Shown here: positions 38,120-48,113 of the stretch, piece by piece
Layout: every line of letters starts with the position of its first letter
Numbering within the stretch: position 1 is the stretch's first letter
Notes under the pieces: model-generated
Databases searched by the model: none
What the model was told of the DNA's origin: nothing
The model's input: the letters and a program-made list of their open reading frames with translations, nothing else
Program-made: the position numbers and the translations under genes
From: Rubripirellula sp.
GTDB taxonomy: Bacteria; Planctomycetota; Planctomycetia; Pirellulales; Pirellulaceae
Assembly: GCA_965216875.1 (NCBI GenBank)
Contig: OZ244207.1
Location: forward strand, 7,072,001-7,136,000
Direction: 5' to 3'
Length of the DNA stretch: 64,000 nt

Positions 38120-39592
38120 TTAGTGTGACAGTCGGAGGTCGATGACGAATCGGGAGTCGAACCAGTTTCCGTCTCCCGCGGTGACGCCTCCGGCAAAGCC
38201 GAGTTCCCACAACCCGATGTCACTTTCCGGGCCGAGCACAAAACGTGCTCCCGGATAAATCTCGACGGCGGTCTTGCCGTCGACTCGACCGATCGTGGAT
38301 GGGTTGGCGATCGTTTCGCCGCCACTGAGGAACGAAAGTAGGCGCACCTCGAGTGTTGGGATGAATGCGAAGACATCGCTTTCGGCCGCGATCGTGCTGA
38401 CGCCCAAACCGGTCGTCAAAACTTCACCACTGGTGTCGGCGTTGCCTTTCAGCGGCACCCAATACTTCAGCTCGCCAAACCAATAGGTTTCGGGAGAGCG
38501 ACAGTGGCGAATCAAAATGCCAGGTTCGATCGCTGTGTTGCCTGTGCCAAGACCGCGACTCGTGTTCCCTTTGGCGATGTGTGTGCGAAAGATCGTCGCC
38601 ACTTTGGTGCGTTTTCCGTCAACGACAAGTCCCTGAGCACCGATCACGATATCACCCATGCCCGTTGTGTTGCCGGCCAACTCAGGATCAAGCGATCGCA
38701 TCGTGTACTCGGTGATTGCCATCACCCTTTCATTGCCCAGTGCCAAACGACAGTGAACGTCTTGGACGTTGACATTCGGATCGTGACCTGGACCGGCTGA
38801 ATCGGAGGCCCAAAAGTACTCGGCGCGGTCGGGCCGATTGAGCCCACTATCGATCTGGTAGCGGATTCCGTAGTGGGGCACCGTGATTGCCGTGTCGAGA
38901 ACGGTGGGGGCATACATGACTCGCTCATAACCAATCCCGCGGTCATGGGTTCGGCGACGTCGAAACCGCTTGCCGAGCATGAAGCGATCGAGGTCGGCTT
39001 GTCGAAACCGCTGGCGAAGTCGTCGCCAAGGTGACCAGTGGTTGGCAACCGATTGCCGTGTTCCCGAGGAGCAGTTTCCATCGCAACTGCCGATGCAGTC
39101 ACATGTCGCGGGCTGGGGGTGGAATGGTGTGTCGACTGCAAACCCTTGCGAAGGCGTCTCAATCGGAACGTTCACGCCCGGTGTCATCGGCTGCATGACT
39201 GAAGTTCCCGATCCGCTCGACATTTGCGGCTGAACTTTTTCGCCACTCGCGGGTGCGTCATTTGAAATTGGCCCATTCGGTTTCACACCCGCGGGCGGAG
39301 CGATTGATTCAACTTCGTTGCTAGCATTCGGTTTGATGCTAGCGTTGGCTGGTGGGTTGATCGCCGGTGCTGGCAGCGGCTCGATCGGCGGCGGCAGTGG
39401 TGTCGCCTCGATCAACTGAGGATCGGTGAGCGGAAGGATTGGCTCGGGCTTTGGCGGGGTTTCAGGCGGTGGTGTGTCGGCGCGTACCGATAGCGGTTCG
39501 CTTGCCGCTTTGTTGTTTTCCGATTGCGGAGCCGAACTTGCAGTGGAAGCGAGCAGCGTGGAGATCAGCAGGATCCAAGCTGTTCTGGTCAC
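38120..39592 (-). CDS. Exported protein: Pro-rich linker, Cys-rich patch and putative outer-membrane beta-barrel C-domain
   Basis: Signal peptide, PPPETPPKPEP linker, CDCIGSCDGNC. GMGDIVIG..GLGTG..EPG pattern resembles MetA-pathway/COG4313 barrels; amphipathic terminal strand SRFVIDLRLSH. Confidence 0.65.
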   Translation of the reverse strand: MTRTAWILLISTLLASTASSAPQSENNKAASEPLSVRADTPPPETPPKPEPILPLTDPQLIEATPLPPPIEPLPAPAINPPANASIKPNASNEVESIAPPAGVKPNGPISNDAPASGEKVQPQMSSGSGTSVMQPMTPGVNVPIETPSQGFAVDTPFHPQPATCDCIGSCDGNCSSGTRQSVANHWSPWRRLRQRFRQADLDRFMLGKRFRRRRTHDRGIGYERVMYAPTVLDTAITVPHYGIRYQIDSGLNRPDRAEYFWASDSAGPGHDPNVNVQDVHCRLALGNERVMAITEYTMRSLDPELAGNTTGMGDIVIGAQGLVVDGKRTKVATIFRTHIAKGNTSRGLGTGNTAIEPGILIRHCRSPETYWFGELKYWVPLKGNADTSGEVLTTGLGVSTIAAESDVFAFIPTLEVRLLSFLSGGETIANPSTIGRVDGKTAVEIYPGARFVLGPESDIGLWELGFAGGVTAGDGNWFDSRFVIDLRLSH

Positions 39593-39769
39593 ATTTTTGC
39601 TTAGTCGAACCTTTGCTTTGTGGTCTGTGGTTGTTTGACTTCGTGAAACGAAGCGCGTGCAACAGCTAGCGACATTATCGTCTGGAATTTGATTGGCAAA
39701 TTAGCTAATCTCCGCCTCGGTCGGCGATAGGAATTGGCCCTCTTAACGCCGAGATTGGAAAGGAATCTG

Positions 39770-41233
39770 ATGCAAAATCTCGCGGTACACTGGCACGAAG
39801 GACTGTTTCTTCGACCGCACCATCTGCAGGCATGGGATCGTCATTGGCACGAACACCAAACTGCGTCGGAGCGGTGGGAGAGTCCGTATAGCTATGGCGT
39901 TGCGAGTGTGCGCATCAATCCCGACGCGCTTGCTGCAGGTTTCTTTCAGCTCGATTCGATTCGCGCGAAGATGCCTGAAGGGACACTGGTCGAACTCAGC
40001 AGTGGCGAACCGACCGAGCGCGTTGACTTGCGTGGTGGTCTATCCGAAAACGATTCAACGGCCGCCTCGATTCCGATGCAGGGCGGACGCAGTGTCGATG
40101 TTTTCTTAGCGGTGCCGAGGTTGCAACTCGGCGCAGCAAACGTTGCTGAAAACGAAACAACAGCGGCGCGTTATCGCCCACTTCAGGTCCATGTTCCCGA
40201 TGAGTCGGACGGCTCGAGCGTGGAGCCAATTCTGTTTCGGCGGATGAACGTCAAGTTGATGCTGTCGACAGACGACTTGGCCGGCTACGACACACTGCGT
40301 ATCGCGCGGCTTCGACGCGGGACGACTGGTGGCGCGATCGCGGAACTCGATGATCAATACATTCCGCCACTACTTGATTGTGGTGCGTGGCCTCAGATGC
40401 GACACCGAATGTTGTCGCCGATCCACGACCTACTGATGCGCAAAGCAGAGACGTTAGCACAGCTTGTCAACGACCAGAACGCACAACTCGATGCCACTCA
40501 GCCGGGAGATTTGCAACGAATCTTGATGCTGCAAGCACTCAATCGCGGCACGGCGATTGCCGGTGTTTTGAACCAATCCGGAGGGCTGCATCCTTGGTTA
40601 GCTTATCTGGAGCTTGCACGCATCGCCGCCGAGCTCGACCTGTTCACACCCCAACGCGCGGCACAGCCGATCGCCCCTTACGACCACGATGCGCTCGGCC
40701 CCTTGTTCCATTCCTTACGAATGCGGATCGAATCACGCATCGCATCGATCGGCCAGAACGCGTACCAACAACGTCTGCTCATTGGATCGGGAATGGGCAT
40801 GCAGGTGACGCTCGATCCACAGTGGTTGATGCCCAATTGGCGATTGGTCTTGGGTGTACGACGCGGATCGATTTCCGTTTCGACGCTTGAGTCGCTCCTG
40901 GCGCCGGGACGTTTGGATTGGAAGTGGGGTAGCGCTCGTCAGGTGGAAATGTTGTACAGCCGCCGGGCCGCTGGGGTCTCACTGACGCGCATGCAAGATA
41001 TTCCTCGATCACTACCCTCGCAGTCTGATTGGACTTACTACGAGTTTGGCGAGCGCGGTCCCGCTTGGAACGATGTCCTTGAAAGTGGAACGATCGCGAT
41101 CCGTTTGCCTGAGGAGTACGTCGACAACCGCAGCGAGTTGACGGGGAATCAAACCTTGCGTGTTCGCATCGACGATGAAATCATGCCGTTGCAATTTGCG
41201 GTCTTCGCTTTGGATCAATCGGCTCAAGAATGA
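39770..41233 (+). CDS. tssK: T6SS baseplate subunit TssK
   Basis: VHWHEGLFLRPHHLQ, YGV, MPEGT, YIPPLL, HPWLAYLEL, YDHDAL. Confidence 0.93.
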   Translation: MQNLAVHWHEGLFLRPHHLQAWDRHWHEHQTASERWESPYSYGVASVRINPDALAAGFFQLDSIRAKMPEGTLVELSSGEPTERVDLRGGLSENDSTAASIPMQGGRSVDVFLAVPRLQLGAANVAENETTAARYRPLQVHVPDESDGSSVEPILFRRMNVKLMLSTDDLAGYDTLRIARLRRGTTGGAIAELDDQYIPPLLDCGAWPQMRHRMLSPIHDLLMRKAETLAQLVNDQNAQLDATQPGDLQRILMLQALNRGTAIAGVLNQSGGLHPWLAYLELARIAAELDLFTPQRAAQPIAPYDHDALGPLFHSLRMRIESRIASIGQNAYQQRLLIGSGMGMQVTLDPQWLMPNWRLVLGVRRGSISVSTLESLLAPGRLDWKWGSARQVEMLYSRRAAGVSLTRMQDIPRSLPSQSDWTYYEFGERGPAWNDVLESGTIAIRLPEEYVDNRSELTGNQTLRVRIDDEIMPLQFAVFALDQSAQE

Positions 41234-41868
41234 ACGTCGCAGCACTCGATCGATACGCAGATCGCTACCTCGAATCGGTGATGAACCTGTTCGAGCGGTT
41301 GCAGCGCGATGAGTCGGTCGACTGCCAGACGGTCCACAAACAGCTTGCGGACCAACTGCGCCGTGGGATCGGCGAAGTCTCTTTGCGTGAAGACTGGCAG
41401 CATGTCACCTACGCGCTGGCGGCACTCACCGACGAACTCATGGTCGAGTTGCCTTGGCCTGGGCGCAATTGGTGGAACGACAACGTCTTGGAAGCCAACT
41501 TGTTCGGAACACGCATGTGCAGTGAGCGGTTTTATGCCATCGCCAAAGAGACCATGCGTGATCGGCCCGAAGTCTTGCGAGTTTTCCACGATTGCGTGCT
41601 ACTTGGTTTTCGCGGCTTTTACGCTATGGAAGCTTCGGCACCGGCAATCGCATCGGAACTCGACGTCCCACCGACGCTCGAACAATGGGTGGCGGAGGTA
41701 CAGGATCGACTTTCCAATCCCGACACGCCCAAGTCGGCAATCCAACGCCACCAAAAACTCAGTGGTGCACCTCCGCTGCGAGGTGGACGCAATGCCGTTT
41801 GGTGGTCGGTCGCGTCGGGCACGTTGGTAGCGCTCAACATCACGATCTACACGTTATTGCTTCGTTAG
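41230..41868 (+). CDS. tssL: T6SS DotU/TssL inner-membrane protein (no OmpA extension)
   Basis: YALAALTDE, W..NVLEANLFG..ERFY, CVLLGFRGFY, C-terminal TM helix; overlaps the tssK stop. Confidence 0.9.
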   Translation: MNVAALDRYADRYLESVMNLFERLQRDESVDCQTVHKQLADQLRRGIGEVSLREDWQHVTYALAALTDELMVELPWPGRNWWNDNVLEANLFGTRMCSERFYAIAKETMRDRPEVLRVFHDCVLLGFRGFYAMEASAPAIASELDVPPTLEQWVAEVQDRLSNPDTPKSAIQRHQKLSGAPPLRGGRNAVWWSVASGTLVALNITIYTLLLR

Positions 41869-41889
41869 CAGGAAGAGATAGGTGTCGTC

Positions 41890-43599
41890 GTGGCTGACGA
41901 GCAACCGCCAACCCTTCAACAGAAACTTGCCGCCAAGCTTCGCTTTTCCATTGCGACGTGGGCATCGATCGTCGTCGGCGCGACACTCCTTGCGCTTTTG
42001 TTGGTGACGTGGGGACTGTATTCACTTGATGCGTCGCGCGTGGCGTGGGGCATCTACATGACCCCAACACGCGCGATCAGTCTGTTCCTACTCTGGTCGG
42101 CAGCGATCGGCGTGACTTATGTGACCGTTCGCGTATGGATGCACGACGTGCCACTGTCGGATCATCGCATCAGCAGCGGTTGGAACGCTGGCACCGATGT
42201 GTTGGCCAAGCACGGTGTCTCGATCACCGACCTGCCCTGCTTTGTCGTCCTGGGGTGTCCGTCGCGTTTTGAGCAGGACTTGCTTGTAGGTCAGCGCGGT
42301 TACAGTCCAGTGCATGACACGACCGAAGCGACACCGGCAATCGATTGGCATCTGACCAAGGAATACGTGCTGCTGTTTTGCCGCGATGTTGGCGTTTATG
42401 GACGCCTGCTTCAGCAGTCGGAGGCGTTGCTCCAGCAAACTGCCACGCAAGATCCGTCGGTGACATCAAGGCAATCAGACGCGGTTGCGGCGACACCAGT
42501 CGTCAACAACATCGGCGCGGAACAACCGGCGGGCGGTTCGGAGAGCCTTCGCGCCGTCGAGAGCGCCGGTGCACCCGACGCCGAGAATCAGCAGACAGAG
42601 ACAGCGCTACAGCCCGAAACCGCAGTGGCGACGGAAACGGCAATCGAACCTGCCGCGGAAGGTTCGCCAGAGGGTGAACCGGCCCCACAACCCGACGCGA
42701 CAAGCGAACTGCTGCGATCAATCGACCGGGCAAGTCAGCTGGTCAGCGACGCTCAGCGTGTTGATCACCATTGGAACGATGTCGGCCATCAAGACGGCGA
42801 CTTTGACCCCTCACTACTTTCGTCGGCTGAGACGGCCGAGTCCCAGGAACAGCTCGCACAGCTTTGCAATCGATTGCGAAGTCAACGATTTCCCAACTGT
42901 GCCATCAACGGCACGCTGGTGATGGTTGATTCGCGGTACTTGAGCCTGTCGGACAAAATGGCTCGCAACATGGGACATGCGATTCGCGATGACTTGCAAA
43001 TGCTAAGCAGTCAACTTGGCGCATCGAGTCCCGTGACCATGGTCGTTTGCGAAACCGAATCGGAAGCGGACTACGCCGAGTTGTTTCGCCGGACGGCACT
43101 CCAGCCAAACAACACGGATGACCCGTTGTTGGGGCAAGTGTTCGATCCCGAGACGACGCCCGACGCGCCGCAGTTGAGTACCCTTGCTGATCAGACGATC
43201 CAGCAATTGCAGAGCAAGATTCAAACACTCTTTCGAGTTCCGGGGACACTCGCCCAGCCGCGCAACCATCACCTCGTTCGGTTGTTGATTCGCGGTCGCA
43301 AGTGGCGTCAATCACTGCGTACGGTGATCGTCGAAAGTTGCAGCGACGATGACTCGAGTGATGACGGCCGATCGATCGTCAGTGGTCTGTTTATTGCAGC
43401 CCTGGGACGTTCGCCCATGGTCCGCCCGCATCTCGACGCGGTTTTCAAACGCATGCTGGCTCAACAGCATTTTGTCGGCTGGACACCGGCAGCACTGGCA
43501 CAGGAAAAGATGAGTCGCCGAGTCGTCACGACACTAATGGCGACCACCCTCATGCTTGTGATCGTGTTGTTGATCCAGTTGCTGTTGATTGCGTTTTAG
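41890..43599 (+). CDS. tssM: Short TssM/IcmF-like protein: N-terminal TMs + cytoplasmic domain + terminal TM only
   Basis: LPCFVVLG (cf. LPWYLVIG), IDWHLTKEYVLL (cf. CDWWFT.EAVL), RSQRFPNCAINGTLV (cf. R.RRPINGV), LGASSPVTMVV, VSGLFIAA. ORF ends right after a TM helix at 569 aa. Confidence 0.8.
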   Translation: MADEQPPTLQQKLAAKLRFSIATWASIVVGATLLALLLVTWGLYSLDASRVAWGIYMTPTRAISLFLLWSAAIGVTYVTVRVWMHDVPLSDHRISSGWNAGTDVLAKHGVSITDLPCFVVLGCPSRFEQDLLVGQRGYSPVHDTTEATPAIDWHLTKEYVLLFCRDVGVYGRLLQQSEALLQQTATQDPSVTSRQSDAVAATPVVNNIGAEQPAGGSESLRAVESAGAPDAENQQTETALQPETAVATETAIEPAAEGSPEGEPAPQPDATSELLRSIDRASQLVSDAQRVDHHWNDVGHQDGDFDPSLLSSAETAESQEQLAQLCNRLRSQRFPNCAINGTLVMVDSRYLSLSDKMARNMGHAIRDDLQMLSSQLGASSPVTMVVCETESEADYAELFRRTALQPNNTDDPLLGQVFDPETTPDAPQLSTLADQTIQQLQSKIQTLFRVPGTLAQPRNHHLVRLLIRGRKWRQSLRTVIVESCSDDDSSDDGRSIVSGLFIAALGRSPMVRPHLDAVFKRMLAQQHFVGWTPAALAQEKMSRRVVTTLMATTLMLVIVLLIQLLLIAF

Positions 43600-43636
43600 A
43601 GATACCGTTTGTCGCCACAGGCTCGCGGTTTTTGGG

Positions 43637-44086
43637 GTGAGCCGAACGCGCTAGCGTCGGGCCGAACATCCTGAGCCGTTGTTCGTCAGATCCGGGTCTT
43701 TGCACTCGTTCGTAGTACCGCCTTCAGGCGGAAAGCGAGAGGATTCCGCCTGAAGGCGGGACTACGAACGGAGTGTGGTCACGAGGTAGGATCATCAGCC
43801 GAAACGCGATAGCGTGCGGTTTTCATCTCGAAAAAACCGCGAGCTATCGCTCAACGGCTGATGTTGCTGTGGGGACGTGTGAGCCGCGATCGCGTAAGCG
43901 GCCGGGCCTTTCGCTCGACCGCATGAATGCTAACGCTCGTCATGCGGAGCATGACCTACAAAGGGGACGCGGAGCGTCCGGAGAGTATGTGACCACGCGG
44001 AGCGTGGTCACGAGGGGAGGTGGGTTGTTTCGGAGTGCTCTCAGCCCTCCCCGCTCGTTCCTCGCGACCCTCCCGGAGGGAGGGTG
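43637..44086. repeat. Mosaic REP cluster between tssM and tssA
   Basis: Family A (43637-43663), C doublet (about 43709-43769), E doublet (43796-43860), G (GTCATGCGGAGCATGACCTAC), D (about 43964-44014) and CCCTCCC..GGGAGGG element (44045-44086). Confidence 0.85.
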
Positions 44087-44301
44087 TTATTGGGCGAGTC
44101 CCTTCGGCAACCCCCTCCTTTTCAAGGAGTGGGGAGCATTCCGCGCGTGGTCACGTGGGCGGAGCCACGACGCTGTAATTCTTGAAAGATTTCGGGGAAA
44201 GTCGGCAACTAGATTTAGCCGTCGAATCACAAAAGTCGATCCAACGGTTAAGGCTGTGCAAATCGGCGCAGTCGATAACGCGTGAAACTCGATTCCCCTT
44301 C

Positions 44302-45369
44302 ATGGCTACGACGGAAACCACAATCGATCGTTTGCGATCGCCGGTTGCTTCCGATTCGCCTGCTGGAGCGAACCTGGAATACGATCCAAGGTTCGTTGAA
44401 ATGCAGCGGTTGGCCGAGGGTACGCGCGAACAACAATACGGCGAAACCATCGTACCGGCTCAACCGCCTGATTGGCGGACGATTGCCGAACTTGCAGAAC
44501 AGATCAGTGCTGAAACACGCGACCTGCGCGTCGCGACGGCGTTGATCGAATCAAAGTCGGCGACGGACGGATTGCCGGGTCTAGCCGAGGGGATGGATGT
44601 CCTCAAGCACTGGGTGTGTGACTACTGGGATAGTCTCCATCCTGAGCTCGACGAGGAAGATGGCCGCGATCCATTCGTTCGCATCAACGCACTGAATCAG
44701 CTTTGCCAGCCTGAGCGACTGCCAACCATCATCAACCAAATGACGCTTGTCGAAGCGCCACCGCACACGACCGTGTTGATGGAAGACGCGCTTTGCAACT
44801 TGGGCGATGCCAAACCTTCCACCGATGTCGAGCGTCCGACCGCATCGGAAGTCGAAGCCGCACTACTGACATTGACGGTCGAGGAGTTGCGTCAGCGATG
44901 TCAATGCACCGAAACCGCCGAGTCGTCGCTGATCGAGGTCTTGCAGTTCCTTGACGACGCGGCCGGTTCGGGAGCATGGGATGCATCGAACCTGGTCCAA
45001 CAACTCAGCAGTTGCAATGCAATCATGCAAAACCAACTTCATTCGCGATTGGCCGCATCCGATTCGGTCGTTGCGGCGGTCGCCAATGGGTCGACCAATG
45101 ATGGAGCCACGACATCTTGGGAAGATGTCAAAGTGGATCAATCGGTCCGCGACCTGAGCAAGATTCGCGTCGACACACGCGAGCAAGCTGCGGAAGTGCT
45201 CGAAGCCGCCATGAAGTACTTCGAGCGGTATGAACCGTCGAGTCCGGTGCCATTGTTGTTGCGCCGAGCGAAGCGATTGATCAACCAAGACTTTGTCGAC
45301 ATCCTGCGTGATCTAGCGCCGGATGCTTTGATTCAAGCAAAAAACCTGGCGGGAGAAATCGAATCGTAG
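44302..45369 (+). CDS. tssA: T6SS TssA (short ImpA-type)
   Basis: PAGANLEYDP.F, PPDW, TRDLRV, YWDSLHP, RINAL, YFERYEPSSPVPLLLRRAKRL. Confidence 0.93.
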   Translation: MATTETTIDRLRSPVASDSPAGANLEYDPRFVEMQRLAEGTREQQYGETIVPAQPPDWRTIAELAEQISAETRDLRVATALIESKSATDGLPGLAEGMDVLKHWVCDYWDSLHPELDEEDGRDPFVRINALNQLCQPERLPTIINQMTLVEAPPHTTVLMEDALCNLGDAKPSTDVERPTASEVEAALLTLTVEELRQRCQCTETAESSLIEVLQFLDDAAGSGAWDASNLVQQLSSCNAIMQNQLHSRLAASDSVVAAVANGSTNDGATTSWEDVKVDQSVRDLSKIRVDTREQAAEVLEAAMKYFERYEPSSPVPLLLRRAKRLINQDFVDILRDLAPDALIQAKNLAGEIES

Positions 45370-45427
45370 GTCCGACCGACACGCACGATTTGTTCGCCAG
45401 AAAACGTCACTGAAGAAAGGTAGATAG

Positions 45428-45952
45428 ATGTCCGAGAGCAGCCAGAAATTCATCGCACGCAATCGGCCGCCACGCGTCCAGATTGAATACGACGTTGAAA
45501 CGTACGGTGCCGAAAAGAAGGTGCAACTTCCATTTGTGATGGGCGTGTTGGCTGACCTTTCGGGCAATCCCGCCGAGCCGCTCGAGGATGTCGCTGATCG
45601 CAAGTTCTTGGAAACGGATATCGACAACTTTGACGATCGCATGAAGTCGATGAAGCCGCGAGCGTCGTTTCGCGTGAAAAACACGTTGACTGGCGAAGGC
45701 GAGCTCGGTGTCGACTTGACCTTTGAATCGATGGACGACTTTTCGCCCGGCCGCGTGGCACAACGCGTCGAAGTGCTCGAAAAGCTGCTCAACGCTCGGA
45801 CTCACCTTTCGCAGTTGGCAACCTACATGGATGGCAAAACGGGCGCCGAGGAATTGGTCGCGCGCTTGATTAGCGATCCCGATCTGTTGAAAGAGCTCGC
45901 GGAAAAGCCACTCGACGTCGGGTCGGATGATTCGGAAGCCGAAGCCGCCTAG
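45428..45952 (+). CDS. tssB: T6SS contractile sheath small subunit
   Basis: SSQKFIARNRPPRVQIEYDVE..LPFVMGVLADLSG, DNFD, FESMDDFSP. Confidence 0.97.
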   Translation: MSESSQKFIARNRPPRVQIEYDVETYGAEKKVQLPFVMGVLADLSGNPAEPLEDVADRKFLETDIDNFDDRMKSMKPRASFRVKNTLTGEGELGVDLTFESMDDFSPGRVAQRVEVLEKLLNARTHLSQLATYMDGKTGAEELVARLISDPDLLKELAEKPLDVGSDDSEAEAA

Positions 45953-46034
45953 CCGGCGCGACTCGGACACGAGACGAACACACTTAGCCAACACAAAATA
46001 GCAAGACAATCACCTACCAATCGGGGACTCAAGG

Positions 46035-47534
46035 ATGAGTGATACCAAAGCCGAATCGAACACGGACGCAGAACCACAGGCTGCCGTGACGCTGGATAAT
46101 CTCGCCGAGATGATCGAGGCTGAGTTCCGTCCACGCAGCAGCGAAGCAACAAATGCGGTCGCCACTGCGGTCAACACGCTCGCCGAGCAGCTTGTGACCA
46201 GCGAGATGGTTGTCAACGAAGACGCCATCAAGACCATCGAAGCTTTGGTCGCTGAGATTGATCGCAAGATCGGCGAGCAAATGAACGAGATCTTGCATCA
46301 CGACGAGTTCCAGAAACTCGAAGGTGCCTGGCGCGGTCTGTCGCACTTGGTCAACAACACCGAGACCGACGAGATGTTGAAGATTCGTGTCTTGAATATC
46401 TCGAAAAAGGACCTGCACAAGACGCTCAAGAAGTTCAAAGGCACGGCTTGGGATCAAAGCCCCATCTTCAAGAAACTTTACGAAGAAGAGTACGGCCAAT
46501 TTGGTGGCGAGCCCTATGGCGCACTCATTGGCGACTACTACTTTGACCACACGCCAGTGGATGTTGAATTGTTGGGCGAAATCGCGAAGGTCGCCGCGGC
46601 GGCTCACGCGCCTTTCATCGCCTCAGCCGGTCCTTCGCTGATGCACATGGAATCATGGCAAGAATTGAGCAATCCGCGCGACTTGACCAAGATCTTCCAA
46701 ACCGCCGAGTACGCGTCGTGGCGTTCGCTGCGTGATGACGAAGATTCGCGTTACGTCGGTTTGGCCATGCCACGTTTCTTGGCACGGCAACCTTATGGTG
46801 CATCGAGCAATCCCGTTGAAGAGTTTGCTTTTGAAGAGGACACCGCAGGTCCGGATCACAGTCGCTACGTTTGGTCCAACTCGGCCTACGCGTTTGCGGT
46901 CAACGTGAATCGCTCGTTCAAACTGCACGGTTGGTGCTCGCGCATTCGCGGCATCGAATCGGGCGGTTCGGTCGAAAAACTGCCTGTGCATGTCTTCCCC
47001 ACCGACGATGGTGGCGTCGACATGAAGTGTCCGACCGAGATCGCAATTAGCGACCGTCGCGAAGCGGAATTGGCCAAGAACGGCCTGATGCCGTTGGTGT
47101 TCCGCAAGAACAGTGACCTTGCGTCGTTCATCGGTGCTCAATCATTGAACAACCCGACGATCTTCGAAGATGACGACGCGTCGGCGAATGCTCAGTTGTC
47201 GGGGCGTTTGCCTTATCTGTTTGCAGTTTGCCGATTTGCTCACTACCTCAAGTGCATCGTTCGCGACAAAGTCGGTTCGTTCAAAGAACGTAACGACATG
47301 CAAATCTGGTTGAACAACTGGATCAGCCAATACGTCGACACGAACCCAGCGACCGCCTCGGAACTCGACAAGGCCCGTCGGCCTCTCGCGGGCGCCGAAG
47401 TGGTGGTTGAAGAGATCCCAGGAAACCCAGGCTACTACAGCGCCAAGTTCTTCCTGCGACCTCACTACCAACTCGAAGGTTTGACCGTTTCGCTTCGCTT
47501 GGTCAGCAAGCTGCCGTCGGCAAAGGCCGCCTAG
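46035..47534 (+). CDS. tssC: T6SS contractile sheath large subunit
   Basis: FQKLEGAWRGL, EEEYGQFGGEPYG, AHAPFI, PRFLAR.PYG, CPTEIAISDRREAELA, RPHYQLEGL. Confidence 0.97.
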   Translation: MSDTKAESNTDAEPQAAVTLDNLAEMIEAEFRPRSSEATNAVATAVNTLAEQLVTSEMVVNEDAIKTIEALVAEIDRKIGEQMNEILHHDEFQKLEGAWRGLSHLVNNTETDEMLKIRVLNISKKDLHKTLKKFKGTAWDQSPIFKKLYEEEYGQFGGEPYGALIGDYYFDHTPVDVELLGEIAKVAAAAHAPFIASAGPSLMHMESWQELSNPRDLTKIFQTAEYASWRSLRDDEDSRYVGLAMPRFLARQPYGASSNPVEEFAFEEDTAGPDHSRYVWSNSAYAFAVNVNRSFKLHGWCSRIRGIESGGSVEKLPVHVFPTDDGGVDMKCPTEIAISDRREAELAKNGLMPLVFRKNSDLASFIGAQSLNNPTIFEDDDASANAQLSGRLPYLFAVCRFAHYLKCIVRDKVGSFKERNDMQIWLNNWISQYVDTNPATASELDKARRPLAGAEVVVEEIPGNPGYYSAKFFLRPHYQLEGLTVSLRLVSKLPSAKAA

Positions 47535-47624
47535 CACCAAGTTCGATTCATAGCGCCGGTCGCCATGGGCCGGCTTTCATGTAAGCCAATCCAATCGAAA
47601 AAACACACCGTACGGAGTTGAACG

Positions 47625-48104
47625 ATGATCTTGTTGAAATTCAAAAAGGAAATCAAAGGTGACGCAAGTGCCTCTGGTTTTGAGGGTCAAATTAAGCTCA
47701 TGTCGGCTTCGTTTACCGCATCGCGAATGGTTTCGGTTGCCGCCGGCAGCGAGGCGCGTGAGACGGGAACACCTGTGTTTTCGGAAGTGACGTGTGCGAA
47801 GGATTTTGACATCGCATCGACCGAGCTTTTCATGCAGAGCGTCTCGGGTGCAAGTTTGGAAGAGGCGACCTTGACCTACTTGCAAACCGACACGGAAGGA
47901 AACCCACAGGTCTTCTTGGAAGTCACGCTGACCGACCCGATCGTTACGAGCTACTCACACAGCGGGTCGGCGAATGACAAGCCGGGCGAGACGTTCACTT
48001 TGAACTTCACGCAAATCAAACTGGCTTACACCCAGTACACTGGCGAAAAAGCAACCTCGGCATCGCCGAAGGGTTGGAACCTGCTTAGTGCTTCGGCAGC
48101 GTAG
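47625..48104 (+). CDS. hcp: T6SS tube protein Hcp
   Basis: IKGDA, SEVTCAKDFDIAS, LEVTLTDPIVTSYS, ETFTLNFTQI..Y, GWNL; located after tssC. Confidence 0.92.
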   Translation: MILLKFKKEIKGDASASGFEGQIKLMSASFTASRMVSVAAGSEARETGTPVFSEVTCAKDFDIASTELFMQSVSGASLEEATLTYLQTDTEGNPQVFLEVTLTDPIVTSYSHSGSANDKPGETFTLNFTQIKLAYTQYTGEKATSASPKGWNLLSASAA

Positions 48105-48113
48105 TGACGGACG

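Noticed and set aside
43773..44285. 170-aa ORF as the missing TssM C-terminus or TssJ
   Set aside because: It is translated from REP palindromes and shows no lipobox or TssM-like sequence.
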